Below are positions 38,924-50,041 of a stretch of DNA of 64,000 nt, one piece after another. A program made the translations under genes and the position numbers. The notes below the pieces were generated by a model that saw only the letters and a list, made by a program, of their open reading frames with translations, made no database searches and was not told the DNA's origin. Source of the DNA: Aquificaceae bacterium. GTDB lineage: Bacteria; Aquificota; Aquificia; Aquificales; Aquificaceae. The stretch lies in assembly GCA_037925075.1 (NCBI GenBank), contig JAXSNR010000001.1, positions 416,001 to 480,000 of the forward strand, in the 5' to 3' direction. Each line of letters starts with the position of its first letter. Position 1 is the first letter of the stretch.

Positions 38924-40030
38924 ATGGCTCTTAGCGTAGGAATAGTGGGATTGCCCAATGTGGGGAAATCTACCCTGTTTAATGCCCTCATACAGTCCGC
39001 AAAAGCAACCGCCGCCAACTATCCCTTTTGCACTATAGAGCCCAACGTGGGCACGGTGGAAGTTCCAGAAAAGAGGTTATACGAAATAGCGGATCTTGAA
39101 AGGTCAAAGAAGATAACACCAACTTTTATAGAGTTCGTGGACATTGCAGGGCTTGTAAGAAACGCCAGCAAGGGAGAGGGTCTTGGAAACCAGTTCCTTG
39201 CCCATATAAGGGAGGTGGATGCCATAGCTATGGTTCTCAGATGCTTTGAAAACCCTGATGTGGTTCATGTGGAAGGTAGCGTTGATCCAATAAGGGACGC
39301 CCAAATAATAGACCTTGAGCTTATAGCAAAGGATTTGGAAACCGTGGAAAAGAGAATAGAAAAAGTGGAGAAGATGGCAAGGCTGGGAGACAAAAAGGCA
39401 AAGGAAGAATTGGAAAGCCTAAAAGCCATAAGGGAAACCTTGGAAAACATGGAACCCCTCAGGAAACATGTAAAAGAGCTTGGCTCAGAGGTCTATGAGT
39501 ACGCCAAGAAAAGTCTTTTTCTTCTTACCACAAAACCTCTCATGTACGTGGCAAACGTAAGTGAGGTGGACCTGCCAGAGGGCAACGAGCTAAGCAAAAG
39601 GGTTTTTGAATATGCCCACTCGGAAGGCTCTCCTGCAGTGCTAATATGTGCCAAGCTTGAGGAGGAGCTTATAGGCCTTGAGAAGGAGGAAAAGGAAGAG
39701 CTTTTGAAATCATACGGACTTGAAGAGCCGGGGCTAAACAGGCTAATAAGGTCTGCCTATGGGCTTCTTGACCTCATCACCTTTTTCACAGCGGGAGAGA
39801 AGGAAACAAGAGCATGGACGGTAAAAAGGGGCACAAAGGCACCCCAAGCCGCAGGGAAAATCCACTCGGACTTTGAAAGAGGCTTTATAGCCGCAGAGGT
39901 TATAAACTACGAAGATTACCTAAAAGCCGGCTCTATGGTAAAGGCTAAGGAGATGGGTCTTGTAAGGCTTGAGGGTAAAGACTATGAGGTCAAAGACGGT
40001 GATATTGTCTATTTTAGGTTTAATGTGTAG
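38924..40030 (+). CDS. ychF: Redox-regulated ATPase YchF
   Basis: GLPNVGKST, NYPFCTIEPN, DIAGLV, APQAAGKIHSDFERGFI. Confidence 0.97.
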   Translation: MALSVGIVGLPNVGKSTLFNALIQSAKATAANYPFCTIEPNVGTVEVPEKRLYEIADLERSKKITPTFIEFVDIAGLVRNASKGEGLGNQFLAHIREVDAIAMVLRCFENPDVVHVEGSVDPIRDAQIIDLELIAKDLETVEKRIEKVEKMARLGDKKAKEELESLKAIRETLENMEPLRKHVKELGSEVYEYAKKSLFLLTTKPLMYVANVSEVDLPEGNELSKRVFEYAHSEGSPAVLICAKLEEELIGLEKEEKEELLKSYGLEEPGLNRLIRSAYGLLDLITFFTAGEKETRAWTVKRGTKAPQAAGKIHSDFERGFIAAEVINYEDYLKAGSMVKAKEMGLVRLEGKDYEVKDGDIVYFRFNV

Positions 40031-40041
40031 ATTTAATACCC

Positions 40042-40887
40042 ATGTACAGAGAGCTTGACAATCAAACAAAGGAAGACCTAAGAAGCTACTTCCAAGACAG
40101 GGACTACATGGTGGTCTCCGTACCAAAAGATGAACTAATAAGGGTTTACACCCTTCAGGCAAACTATACGGTGACAACCGCAAGAAGGATACACGATTTG
40201 GAGGAAAAAAGGGCGGAGCTTTTGGGCTATGCCCTCATGTCTGCTCTGCTTTTAACCTCCCTTGTAAAGCATGCGACGGAACAAAAGGTGCTTTTCAAAC
40301 TCCAAACGGACTGCGGAGTGGTTGCCACAGAGGCGGACGGTAAGGGTAGAGTAAGAGGCTTTTTGGAGGGTGATCCAGAGGAATGCTGGACTTCTGGAGT
40401 TTTGAACGTGGTAAAGGAGCTGAGGCTCGGTGTGCCCTACACGAGCATAGTTCCTGTGGTGGGTAGAAACCTAAAGGAGGCTCTTTCCTTCTACTTTGAA
40501 CAGTCAGAACAGACAAGGACCTACTTGGACATGCATTTGAAGTTTACCCAAGCCGGTGCCCAGGCAAAGGCTTATCTTGTGCAAGTACTCTCTGGCGTCT
40601 CTCAAAAAAACACTGATCTTATAGAAGAAAACATAAGGAACCTATCCCTTGAAGACAAAAGACCAGAGGATATAGCCCTTGAAATACTCAAGGGTATGGA
40701 AACAAGGCTCATAGGTCTGAAGGAGGTGGAATACTATTGTCCCTGTAGTGAAGAAATAGCACGTTCAAGCCTTATGCTTTTGCAGGAAGAAGAGCTTGAG
40801 GAAATACTAAGCGAGGGTCCTGCGCAGGTGGTATGTAAGTTTTGCAAAAGGGTTTACCGGTTTAGCAAAGAACAGCTTATGATATAA
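40042..40887 (+). CDS. hslO: Hsp33 redox chaperone
   Basis: QSEQ motif, C-terminal CPC...CKFC zinc centre. Confidence 0.9.
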   Translation: MYRELDNQTKEDLRSYFQDRDYMVVSVPKDELIRVYTLQANYTVTTARRIHDLEEKRAELLGYALMSALLLTSLVKHATEQKVLFKLQTDCGVVATEADGKGRVRGFLEGDPEECWTSGVLNVVKELRLGVPYTSIVPVVGRNLKEALSFYFEQSEQTRTYLDMHLKFTQAGAQAKAYLVQVLSGVSQKNTDLIEENIRNLSLEDKRPEDIALEILKGMETRLIGLKEVEYYCPCSEEIARSSLMLLQEEELEEILSEGPAQVVCKFCKRVYRFSKEQLMI

Positions 40888-40970
40888 TAGCTTCACAAGA
40901 CCGCACCTTTCCCCGTTGGGTTGCCCCGGAAGGGGTCTGGGAAAGGGTGGCAAAACCCAAGGAGGTTAAA
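40880..40970 (+). promoter_or_regulatory. rpsB promoter and structured 5' leader (S2 leader/t44-like)
   Basis: TGaTATAAT 40880-40888; stem 40904-40913/40939-40949; inner CCCC-GGAA-GGGG hairpin; TTGGGTT (40916-40922) complementary to AACCCAA (40954-40960), which abuts the GGAGG SD. Confidence 0.7.
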
Positions 40971-41795
40971 ATGGCAGTAGTTTCTATGAGAGACCTTTTG
41001 GAGGCGGGCGTCCACTTTGGACATTCCAAGGGCAGGTGGAACCCGAAGATGGCACCGTACCTATACGGTGTACGCAACGGCATACACATTGTAGACCTAA
41101 ACAAGACGGTGGTCTTTTTAGAACAGGCTTACCACTTTGTGGCGGACAGTGTGGCTCAGGGTGCAGAAGTGCTCTTTGTGGGCACAAAAAAGCAGGCAAA
41201 GGACGTCATAAAGGAAGAGGCGGAAAGGGCTGGCGTGCCTTACGTAAATGAAAGATGGGTTGGAGGCCTTCTTACCAACTTTAGGACCGTTCGTAAGAGC
41301 ATCCTCAAGCTTCATACCCTTGAAAGGATGGAGTCAGAGGGTGTTTTTGATGTGCTTCCCAAAAAGGAGGTAAGAGAGCTAAAGAGAAAAATGGAAAGGT
41401 TAAGGAAGCTATACGGTGGTATAGTTAGCATGGAAAGGCTTCCCAGCATAATCTGGGTTGTGGATACGGTAAGAGAGGCGATAGCTGTACAAGAAGCAAA
41501 GAAGCTCGGCATAACGGTAGTAGCCATAGCAGATTCCAACTGCGACCCCGACCTGATAGATTATCCCGTGCCGGGCAACGACGATGCCATAAAGTCCATA
41601 AAGCTCCTCACATCAAAGATAGCGGATGCAGTGCTTGAGGGCAAGCAAAGAAGAGAAAGCCTTGGAGAAGCTGCCCTTGAAGTGCCAAAAAGAAGGGTTA
41701 TTGCGGTGGAAGAGGAAGAAAAGGTGCTCTTTGAAAAGGCAATGGAGATGTCTGAGAAATACGAATACATAGACAAAGGTGCAGAGGAGGAATAA
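40971..41795 (+). CDS. rpsB: 30S ribosomal protein S2
   Basis: [33 protein letters not shown]; start ATG 40971. Confidence 0.98.
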   Translation: MAVVSMRDLLEAGVHFGHSKGRWNPKMAPYLYGVRNGIHIVDLNKTVVFLEQAYHFVADSVAQGAEVLFVGTKKQAKDVIKEEAERAGVPYVNERWVGGLLTNFRTVRKSILKLHTLERMESEGVFDVLPKKEVRELKRKMERLRKLYGGIVSMERLPSIIWVVDTVREAIAVQEAKKLGITVVAIADSNCDPDLIDYPVPGNDDAIKSIKLLTSKIADAVLEGKQRRESLGEAALEVPKRRVIAVEEEEKVLFEKAMEMSEKYEYIDKGAEEE

Positions 41796-41797
41796 GC

Positions 41798-43380
<1,583 letters not shown>

Positions 43381-43390
43381 GAGGAAGGCC

Positions 43391-43936
43391 ATGATGGAGG
43401 ATATTTTCAAAAGTGCAGAAGAGGATATGAAAAAGGCTGTAAACTACTTTAAGAACGAGACCACAGGCTTGAGAACAGGCAGGGCGAGCACCTCCTTAGT
43501 AGAAGAGCTAAAGGTAGAATACTACGGATCAAAAGTTCCACTTAAACAGCTTGGAAGCATAAACGTCACCGATGTGAACCAGATCACCATACAGCTATGG
43601 GACGCTAACGCGGTATCAAGCGTAGAAAAGGCAATAATGGAACATTTAAACCTCACCCCCCAAAGGCAGGGCAACGTGCTAAGGATAACCCTACCACCCC
43701 TCACTCAGGAAAGAAGAAAAGAACTTGTAAAGACCCTTCACAAGATGGCGGAGGAGGCAAGGGTAGCGGTCAGGAATATAAGAAGGGACGCAAAGGAGAT
43801 GATAGAAGACCTTGAAGGTGTTTCTGAAGATGAGATTAAAAGGTCCTTGGAGAAGTTGCAAAAGCTTACAGACAAATACATAGAGGAGATAAACACCATC
43901 GCGGAAGCAAAGGAGAGGGAGATAATGGGTGGATGA
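43391..43936 (+). CDS. frr: Ribosome recycling factor
   Basis: LRTGRA, PPLTQERRKE, RVAVRNIRRD. Confidence 0.97.
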   Translation: MMEDIFKSAEEDMKKAVNYFKNETTGLRTGRASTSLVEELKVEYYGSKVPLKQLGSINVTDVNQITIQLWDANAVSSVEKAIMEHLNLTPQRQGNVLRITLPPLTQERRKELVKTLHKMAEEARVAVRNIRRDAKEMIEDLEGVSEDEIKRSLEKLQKLTDKYIEEINTIAEAKEREIMGG

Positions 43937-44637
43937 AGCTCTTTTCCAATGTACTGCTTCTTGACCCAGAAGGGCATAAAAATCTCAAGTGGTACTGCTT
44001 AAAGGAGCGTTGCCCTCACAGTTGTTGCCTTATCCCTGATAGAACCTTTGTGGTCCTTGAAGAGGTTATACCCTTATCAAGGTACTTCCCCATAGTTATA
44101 AACGTTGAAGTTGATGAGCAGGGAAAAGAGCATAGGCTTTTGTGTGCCTACTTTAGATTGAAGGAAGATAAAAAGGGCTGTATATATCTTAAAGATGGCC
44201 TTGGGTGTCTTTTGGAGGGAGAAAAGCCCTACACCTGCAGGCAGTATCCCTTCTTTATAAGTGAGGGTTATCTTGCATTTGACCTCACATGCCCCGGCTT
44301 TTCTGAGGTGGAAGGGGTGCCCCTATGGGAGGGTAAGTTTGTAAATCCTTATTTTGAAAAGGGTTTTTATGCCTACTCTCTAAGGCTTGAAGAAGGCAAA
44401 TCTCAAACAGAGGAGTTCCTCCGCACGCTTTTTGACCTTGGGCTTGTTATAGGTGGAAGAGTTAGCCATGAAGGAGTTGAGGCTTCCTTCAACATGGTGG
44501 ATGAAAAAAGACTTCTTGAGCTTCCCTTAGATACCCTAAAAAGGCTCTCGGAAAACCAATACCTTAGGCTAATCTACGCCCATCTTAACTCCTTGCAAAA
44601 CTGGGAGCGCCTAATAAAAAGGTACATTAACGGTTAG
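43933..44637 (+). CDS. YkgJ/UPF0153-family cysteine-cluster protein
   Basis: CLKERCPHSCC...CIYL...CLL...KPYTCRQYPF...CPG. Confidence 0.75.
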   Translation: MKLFSNVLLLDPEGHKNLKWYCLKERCPHSCCLIPDRTFVVLEEVIPLSRYFPIVINVEVDEQGKEHRLLCAYFRLKEDKKGCIYLKDGLGCLLEGEKPYTCRQYPFFISEGYLAFDLTCPGFSEVEGVPLWEGKFVNPYFEKGFYAYSLRLEEGKSQTEEFLRTLFDLGLVIGGRVSHEGVEASFNMVDEKRLLELPLDTLKRLSENQYLRLIYAHLNSLQNWERLIKRYING

Positions 44638-45139
44638 AAAGTATAAAGATTAGGTCTGCGACCTCATCTCGCATGGTGGACTTTGTAGGTTTTGGTGTTT
44701 GTCTTTCTAACCTTGCATAAGTACTACTGGGCTGTTCCAACCTCCTTGCAAAGAGAAACCTTTTTTGCCAATAGGGCTCATCTACTCTGTTTATTGTTAT
44801 GCCACTCCTTTCGCTAGCATGTACAAACTTGCCATTGCCTATGTATATGCCCACGTGGGATGGTCCGGGTTTGTAGGTGGTAAAGAAGAGAAGGTCTCCA
44901 GGTCTTAGATCCTCATAATCTACCAGCATACCAACGCGAGATTGTTCCGCGGTACTTCTTGGAAGCTTTATACCGTTGACCTCAAAAACCCTTTGCACAA
45001 AGGCGGAGCAATCCATCCTGTAAAGCTCATTGGCACCAAACTGATAGGGCCTTTCCATGTAGGTTAGTGCGGTCAGAACTATGTTATCCGCAAAGGCTAA
45101 GCTAAAGCTTAACATGAACCCTACCATACTCCCCCTCAT
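44627..45139 (-). CDS. NlpC/P60 (C40) peptidoglycan peptidase
   Basis: Signal peptide, DCSAFV, PGDLLFF, HVGIY, HAS. Confidence 0.93.
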   Translation of the reverse strand: MRGSMVGFMLSFSLAFADNIVLTALTYMERPYQFGANELYRMDCSAFVQRVFEVNGIKLPRSTAEQSRVGMLVDYEDLRPGDLLFFTTYKPGPSHVGIYIGNGKFVHASERSGITINRVDEPYWQKRFLFARRLEQPSSTYARLERQTPKPTKSTMRDEVADLIFILSNR

Positions 45140-46244
45140 GCCTTCTGAATATATCCATTACTTTTTCCTCTGTCAAGCTTCTGAGGAAGCCAAACAAGCC
45201 TTTCCAGTACAAACCCTTATATGTCTCTTCTGCGGTAAGGATACGGTAGAAACTCTTTAATGCGTAATCCCTTCCCATTCTAAAGGCAACGGATTGAAAC
45301 CTATATGCGAGCTTTGCTATCTTTCCTGCGTGTATGAGCTCCTCTACCATGGGTTTTAGCAATCTCCAATAAGCTTTTGCTGGCTGAGAGGGATTTTCCA
45401 CTATGGCTTTTGAGAGGAGCTCTCCAGCCCAGAGGGCATAGTATATGCCTTCTCCAAGTAGTGGGTCTGTCATGTTCGCGGCATCTCCCACAAGCAGCGC
45501 TCTTTCTCTGCCAATATGGATATCCTCTTTCCCTTCTGGAAAGGGTATGTGCCACCCTCTTGGAGGCTTAAAGTCAATACCCCTTTTAAGGGTGTAGTTC
45601 TTAAGTAGCTCAAGTAAGTCCTCTCTTCCAGTTGTTGCAATACCTACGCTTACACCTTCACCATGAGGGAACACCCATAGGTATCCCCTGCTTACCCAAC
45701 CTATCTCAATCAAAACCCTATCCCTGGGATCACCTTCCGTGAAAAGCTCAAGGCTTCTAAAAAACTTTCTCTTTTTGTATCCGAGAAGTTTTGCCACCTT
45801 TGAATAAAAGCCATCCGCGCCAATCAAATAATGCGTATAAAAGCTACCTATATCCGTATAAACTCTGTAAAGGCTTCCTTCCCTCTCAAAGCCTGTAAAG
45901 CTTGCCATCAAAAGGTCCGCACCAGACTCAAGAGCCTTCTGGACAAGAAAGTAATCAAACTGGCCTCTATCAACAACATAGGCTATTTCTCTGCCTGCGT
46001 CAATTTCATACTCCATCAAACCCCTATAGCCAAGCCTTCCAGACCTTATGGTGTTTAGGAGGAGCCCTTTATATCCATCGGGCAAAAGTCTTAAAGTCCT
46101 TGCAGACAGGCAACCTGCACAGAGCTTGAACCTTGGAAGCTTTTCCTTTTCAAGGATTAAGACCTTTAAGCCTAACCTTGAAAGATGGTAAGCGGTGGAA
46201 GCCCCCGCAGGACCCCCACCTACAATTATCGCTTCATAATGCAC
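45102..46244 (-). CDS. Geranylgeranyl reductase family FAD oxidoreductase
   Basis: GGGPAG, PRFKLCAG, GADG, GYLWVFP, GDAA..DPLLGEGI. Confidence 0.88.
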   Translation of the reverse strand: MHYEAIIVGGGPAGASTAYHLSRLGLKVLILEKEKLPRFKLCAGCLSARTLRLLPDGYKGLLLNTIRSGRLGYRGLMEYEIDAGREIAYVVDRGQFDYFLVQKALESGADLLMASFTGFEREGSLYRVYTDIGSFYTHYLIGADGFYSKVAKLLGYKKRKFFRSLELFTEGDPRDRVLIEIGWVSRGYLWVFPHGEGVSVGIATTGREDLLELLKNYTLKRGIDFKPPRGWHIPFPEGKEDIHIGRERALLVGDAANMTDPLLGEGIYYALWAGELLSKAIVENPSQPAKAYWRLLKPMVEELIHAGKIAKLAYRFQSVAFRMGRDYALKSFYRILTAEETYKGLYWKGLFGFLRSLTEEKVMDIFRRHEGEYGRVHVKL

Positions 46245-46258
46245 ATAAAAAGTTTATA

Positions 46259-46534
46259 TCACTTGCCGTAGTACTTGCTAAGATATTCAACTATTTTTTG
46301 GGCGTCTTCCTCTTTTATGGGTGCACCAAAAACCTTTATCATCTTGTTTACGCTTGCCTCCCAACCCTTTCTGTCTAAAAAGGGTGAGTTCATCTGTATG
46401 TAGTCAAGACTGTGGCAGGCAACACAGTTTGCTTCAACAAGGTCTCTGTTAGGAGCATCTTTTAGCCTTACCTTTTCCTCAAGGGCAAGGGTAAAGATTG
46501 GTGCAAAAAGAAGCACAAAGACCAATTTTTTCAT
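46259..46534 (-). CDS. sorB: Monoheme cytochrome c, SorB-like subunit of sulfite:cytochrome c oxidoreductase
   Basis: Signal peptide, NCVACHSLDYI, W...KMIKVFGAPI; directly downstream of sorA. Confidence 0.85.
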   Translation of the reverse strand: MKKLVFVLLFAPIFTLALEEKVRLKDAPNRDLVEANCVACHSLDYIQMNSPFLDRKGWEASVNKMIKVFGAPIKEEDAQKIVEYLSKYYGK

Positions 46535-46550
46535 GGTAGCCCCTCCTTAC

Positions 46551-47786
46551 TTATACCACTTTTATACTTACCCTGTGGACCACATTATGATGGTAGCCCG
46601 CAGGATTCCATATAAGCTCAAAGGTCTGGGTTTGGCCCATGCTGTTTGTAGCCTTTGCCATTATGGTGTATTCTCCGCGCTTGGTAGGCTTAAAGGTGTA
46701 GGTCCACTGTCTCCATGAAAACCTACCGTAATCCTTGCCTAACTGGGAGGTATGCCAGCTTTTGCCACCATCGGTGGAAACTTCAACCTGCTTTATTATG
46801 TAACCGCCATCCCATGCAATACCCTTAACCTCTACAGGTTGCCCAAGCTTAAAGACCTGACCGTCTTTTATGTTGGTTATCAAGGAGTTCACCACCATTT
46901 CGGTTATTGGGGTGTTTACGTTGGTTTCTTGGGACAGGAACCTATCTCTGATGGGGAATTTACCTAAGGGTATCCTATAAGCCGGGTTCATCCAGAAGCC
47001 CTTGTAGGGAGTGGAAACAACTTCTATGCTTGTTAGATGTTTAATCCAGTATGTTGCAGTCCACCCCGGAACAACGAGCCTTGCAGGGAAACCATTCCAA
47101 TGAGGTAGAGGTTCTCCGTTCATCTCATAAGCTATTATGGTGTTTTCATCAAGAGCCTTCCAGATTGGTATGCTTTTTATAAAATCGGGTGTTTTCTCTG
47201 AAACTCCTGTGTCCGCTCCGTCAAACACCACCTCCACCGCATTGGCCTTCAAACCAGCCTTATTGAGGATATCCTTTAGCCTTACACCTTTCCATCTGGC
47301 ATTTCCCATGGCACCATAGCCCCACTGTATACCGGGAACATGGGGCTTCATAAGACCCCTTCTGTTTCCAGAACACAAGCATACCGCAGCTATTTCCACC
47401 TGTTCAAACTTGGTTTTAAGGTCTTCAAGGGTAAGCTCATAAGGCTTTTCCACCGCACTACCACCTATCTTTAGCCTCCAAGTCTTTGCGTCTATCTCCG
47501 GTATGTTAGAAATGTGATACCTGACAAAAAAGGCATCGTTTGGAGTAAACATCTCGTTAAAGTAGTGCACAGGTGTTTCAAAGTTTGGGGGTCTGTAAGT
47601 TTTCTTTATCAGGGGTTTTTTACCGGGCAGGGCTTCAAGGGTTTGAGATTGGAGTATTCCTTCTGGTAGCTCTTTTACTGCGGTACTAAGGAGTTCCGGG
47701 TCCACTGCAGCAAGCACATACTTGGGAAGCAACAGACCACTGGCTCCCAAGGCAAAGGAACTAAGTACTTCCCTCCTGCTAAGCAT
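46551..47786 (-). CDS. sorA: Molybdopterin sulfite dehydrogenase, SorA-like, Tat-exported
   Basis: SRREVL Tat motif, FFVRYH, CSGNRR Mo-ligand Cys, GFPARLVVPGW, WNPAGY. Confidence 0.88.
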   Translation of the reverse strand: MLSRREVLSSFALGASGLLLPKYVLAAVDPELLSTAVKELPEGILQSQTLEALPGKKPLIKKTYRPPNFETPVHYFNEMFTPNDAFFVRYHISNIPEIDAKTWRLKIGGSAVEKPYELTLEDLKTKFEQVEIAAVCLCSGNRRGLMKPHVPGIQWGYGAMGNARWKGVRLKDILNKAGLKANAVEVVFDGADTGVSEKTPDFIKSIPIWKALDENTIIAYEMNGEPLPHWNGFPARLVVPGWTATYWIKHLTSIEVVSTPYKGFWMNPAYRIPLGKFPIRDRFLSQETNVNTPITEMVVNSLITNIKDGQVFKLGQPVEVKGIAWDGGYIIKQVEVSTDGGKSWHTSQLGKDYGRFSWRQWTYTFKPTKRGEYTIMAKATNSMGQTQTFELIWNPAGYHHNVVHRVSIKVV

Positions 47787-47820
47787 TCTTACACCTCCTT
47801 AAAAGCTTGCTTTTTGAAAA

Positions 47821-47848
47821 AATATACCTTTTTGGAAGGGTTTTTCAA
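47821..47848 (-). promoter_or_regulatory. Putative sigma70 promoter of sorAB
   Basis: TTGAAA (47848-47843), 16-nt spacer, TATATT (47826-47821); AAGGAGGTG SD downstream. Confidence 0.5.
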
Positions 47849-47896
47849 TAAATATTTTTTAATGAGTTCATAAGGGTGTTTAATATGTTTATATAG

Positions 47897-48823
47897 CTAA
47901 AACCTTATAAGACTTGCCCCCCAAGTGAGCCCTCCACCCATGGCGGTAAAGAGAACAAGGTCTCCTCTTTTAAGCCTTCCCTCCCTGTAGGCTTCAAAAA
48001 GGGCTATGGGAATGGATGCGGCGCTCGTATTTCCGTACTTGTGAATGTTTGAGTACACCTTCTCCATAGGTATTCCAAGCTTTTCGGCCAAAGCCTGCAT
48101 TATCCTTATGTTTGCTTGGTGAGGTATGAGAAGGTCCAATTCTTGTAAAGAAACCCCGGCTTTTTGTATTACCTCTTCACACACTTCAGCCATGGCACGA
48201 ACCGCCAGCTTGAAGAGCTCTTTGCCCTTCATCCTTATGTACCCGCATCTTTCCGCGTACAGAATGTCCCAGTAGTTGCCGTCAGAACGCATCACAGAGG
48301 CAAGGAACTCTCCCTCACCCTCAGAACTCAGAACCACAGCACCAGCACCGTCACCAAAGAGGACGCAAGTGGACCTGTCGGTCCAATCCACTATCTGCGA
48401 AAGCTTCTCCGCCCCCACAAGCAGTATATTTTTAGCTTTGCCAGAGGACAGCATGGAGCTTGCTATCTCAAGGCCATAGAGAAAGCCACTACAGGCGGCG
48501 GAAATGTCAAAGGAGTAAGCCCTATGGGCACCAAGCTTTGCCTGAAGAAGGCAGGCACTGGAAGGAAAGCCAAGGTCTGGAGTAAGGGTCGCAAGGATTA
48601 TAACATCCAGCTCCTCAGCTTTTATCTTTGCCTCCTCAAGAGCCTGAAGGCTTGCCTTATAGGCCATATGGGTAAGGTTTTCCGACTTTGCTATTCTTCT
48701 CTCTTTTATGCCTGTTCTTGTGGTAATCCACTCATCGGATGTATCCACCATCCTTTCAAGGTCAAAGTTTGTAAGGACTTCCTGTGGTGTATAACCGCCC
48801 ATGCCTTTTATGGTAATACCCAT
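47897..48823 (-). CDS. fabH: 3-oxoacyl-ACP synthase III
   Basis: AACSGF, FGDGAGA, PHQAN, GNTSAAS, GGGLTWG. Confidence 0.97.
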   Translation of the reverse strand: MGITIKGMGGYTPQEVLTNFDLERMVDTSDEWITTRTGIKERRIAKSENLTHMAYKASLQALEEAKIKAEELDVIILATLTPDLGFPSSACLLQAKLGAHRAYSFDISAACSGFLYGLEIASSMLSSGKAKNILLVGAEKLSQIVDWTDRSTCVLFGDGAGAVVLSSEGEGEFLASVMRSDGNYWDILYAERCGYIRMKGKELFKLAVRAMAEVCEEVIQKAGVSLQELDLLIPHQANIRIMQALAEKLGIPMEKVYSNIHKYGNTSAASIPIALFEAYREGRLKRGDLVLFTAMGGGLTWGASLIRF

Positions 48824-49827
48824 CAGAGCCTTACCTCTTGTGGAAGAAGTTTTTTCAGGTTTTCCGAAAGCCTTTCGTTAAAGTGATGCGTCAAAAACTC
48901 GTTGGCAACCTTTATGGCATTCCTTATGGCTTTTGCGTTTGCCCTGCCATGAGTTATTATAACTGGCTTTTTTGCACCCAAGAGGGGTATGCCTCCATAC
49001 TCTGTAAAATCCGCCTTTTTCCTAAAGTTGTTTAGGGCAGGTTTTATAAGTAAGGCTCCAAGCTTTGCAATAAGGCTTTTTTGGATCTCTTCCTTTATCA
49101 TCTGAAGCACCGCAAGCCCAAGGCTTTCACTCGCCTTTAGCACCACATTACCCACAAAGCCGTCGCATACTATAACATCAAAGGTTCCAGAGTATATGTC
49201 TCTACCCTCTGCATTTCCAAGAAAGTTGAGGTTGCTGGCTTTTAAAAGAGGGTATGTTTCCTTCACAAGGTCGTTTCCCTTGCCTTCCTCCTCCCCTATG
49301 CTGAGAATGCCCACCCTTGGGTTTTTTATACCCAGTATTTCTTCTGCATATGTATGCCCTATAACCGCAAAATGCAGTAAATGAACGGACTTACAGTCCA
49401 CGTTTGCACCCACATCTATAAGAACCGTTTTACCCTTTGGGTTTGGCAACGGCACGCCTATTGCTGGTCTTTCAAGCTCAGGAATGGCACCTATAACGAA
49501 TTTGCCCACCGTTAGCACAGCACCCGTATTGCCCGCAGAAACAAGACCATCCGCTCTTCCATCTCTTACAAGCTTACCCGCTATATAAAGGGAAGAGCCC
49601 TTTTTTCTAAGAACGTTGGAAGGAGCCTCATGCATCTGAATCACATCTGGTGCATGCACCACCTCAAGACCTTTGAACTTCTCTTTGTCCAGTGTATACC
49701 TTATCTTTTCCTCATCCCCCACCAAAATACTTTCAAGGCCCAACTCCTTATAGGCAAGGACACAACCTTTTACGATTTCCTCGGGGGCGTAGTCTCCCCC
49801 CATGCAATCAACCGCTATTTTTGTCAT
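48823..49827 (-). CDS. plsX: Phosphate acyltransferase
   Basis: DCMGGDYAP, SAGNTGA, DVGANVD, DGFVGN, HG. Confidence 0.97.
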   Translation of the reverse strand: MTKIAVDCMGGDYAPEEIVKGCVLAYKELGLESILVGDEEKIRYTLDKEKFKGLEVVHAPDVIQMHEAPSNVLRKKGSSLYIAGKLVRDGRADGLVSAGNTGAVLTVGKFVIGAIPELERPAIGVPLPNPKGKTVLIDVGANVDCKSVHLLHFAVIGHTYAEEILGIKNPRVGILSIGEEEGKGNDLVKETYPLLKASNLNFLGNAEGRDIYSGTFDVIVCDGFVGNVVLKASESLGLAVLQMIKEEIQKSLIAKLGALLIKPALNNFRKKADFTEYGGIPLLGAKKPVIITHGRANAKAIRNAIKVANEFLTHHFNERLSENLKKLLPQEVRL

Positions 49828-50009
49828 GAAGTTTTGAGAACTTCCCTTCCCTTATAGTATCCACAGTAGGGACATGCCCTGTGTGGCATCATAAGTTCCC
49901 CACAGTTGGGACAGGTAGCAAGGGACAGGGTACTAAGTTTTGCAAAGAAGTTTTGTGCCCTTCTCTGGTCTCTTCTCCATCTTGAGGTTTTTCTCTTTGG
50001 AACCGCCAT
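49824..50009 (-). CDS. rpmF: 50S ribosomal protein L32 (zinc-ribbon type)
   Basis: MAVPKRKTS, CPNC...CPYCGYY. Confidence 0.97.
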   Translation of the reverse strand: MAVPKRKTSRWRRDQRRAQNFFAKLSTLSLATCPNCGELMMPHRACPYCGYYKGREVLKTS

Positions 50010-50041
50010 CTTATAGCCTCCGCAGTTTAATGGAATTTGTA

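Noticed and set aside
47878..47897. Possible ModE box upstream of sorA
   Set aside because: Only one GCTATATA half-site, adjoining the fabH stop; the second half does not match.
48164..48886. 240-aa plus-strand ORF opposite fabH
   Set aside because: Antisense shadow with no domain signature or initiation signal.
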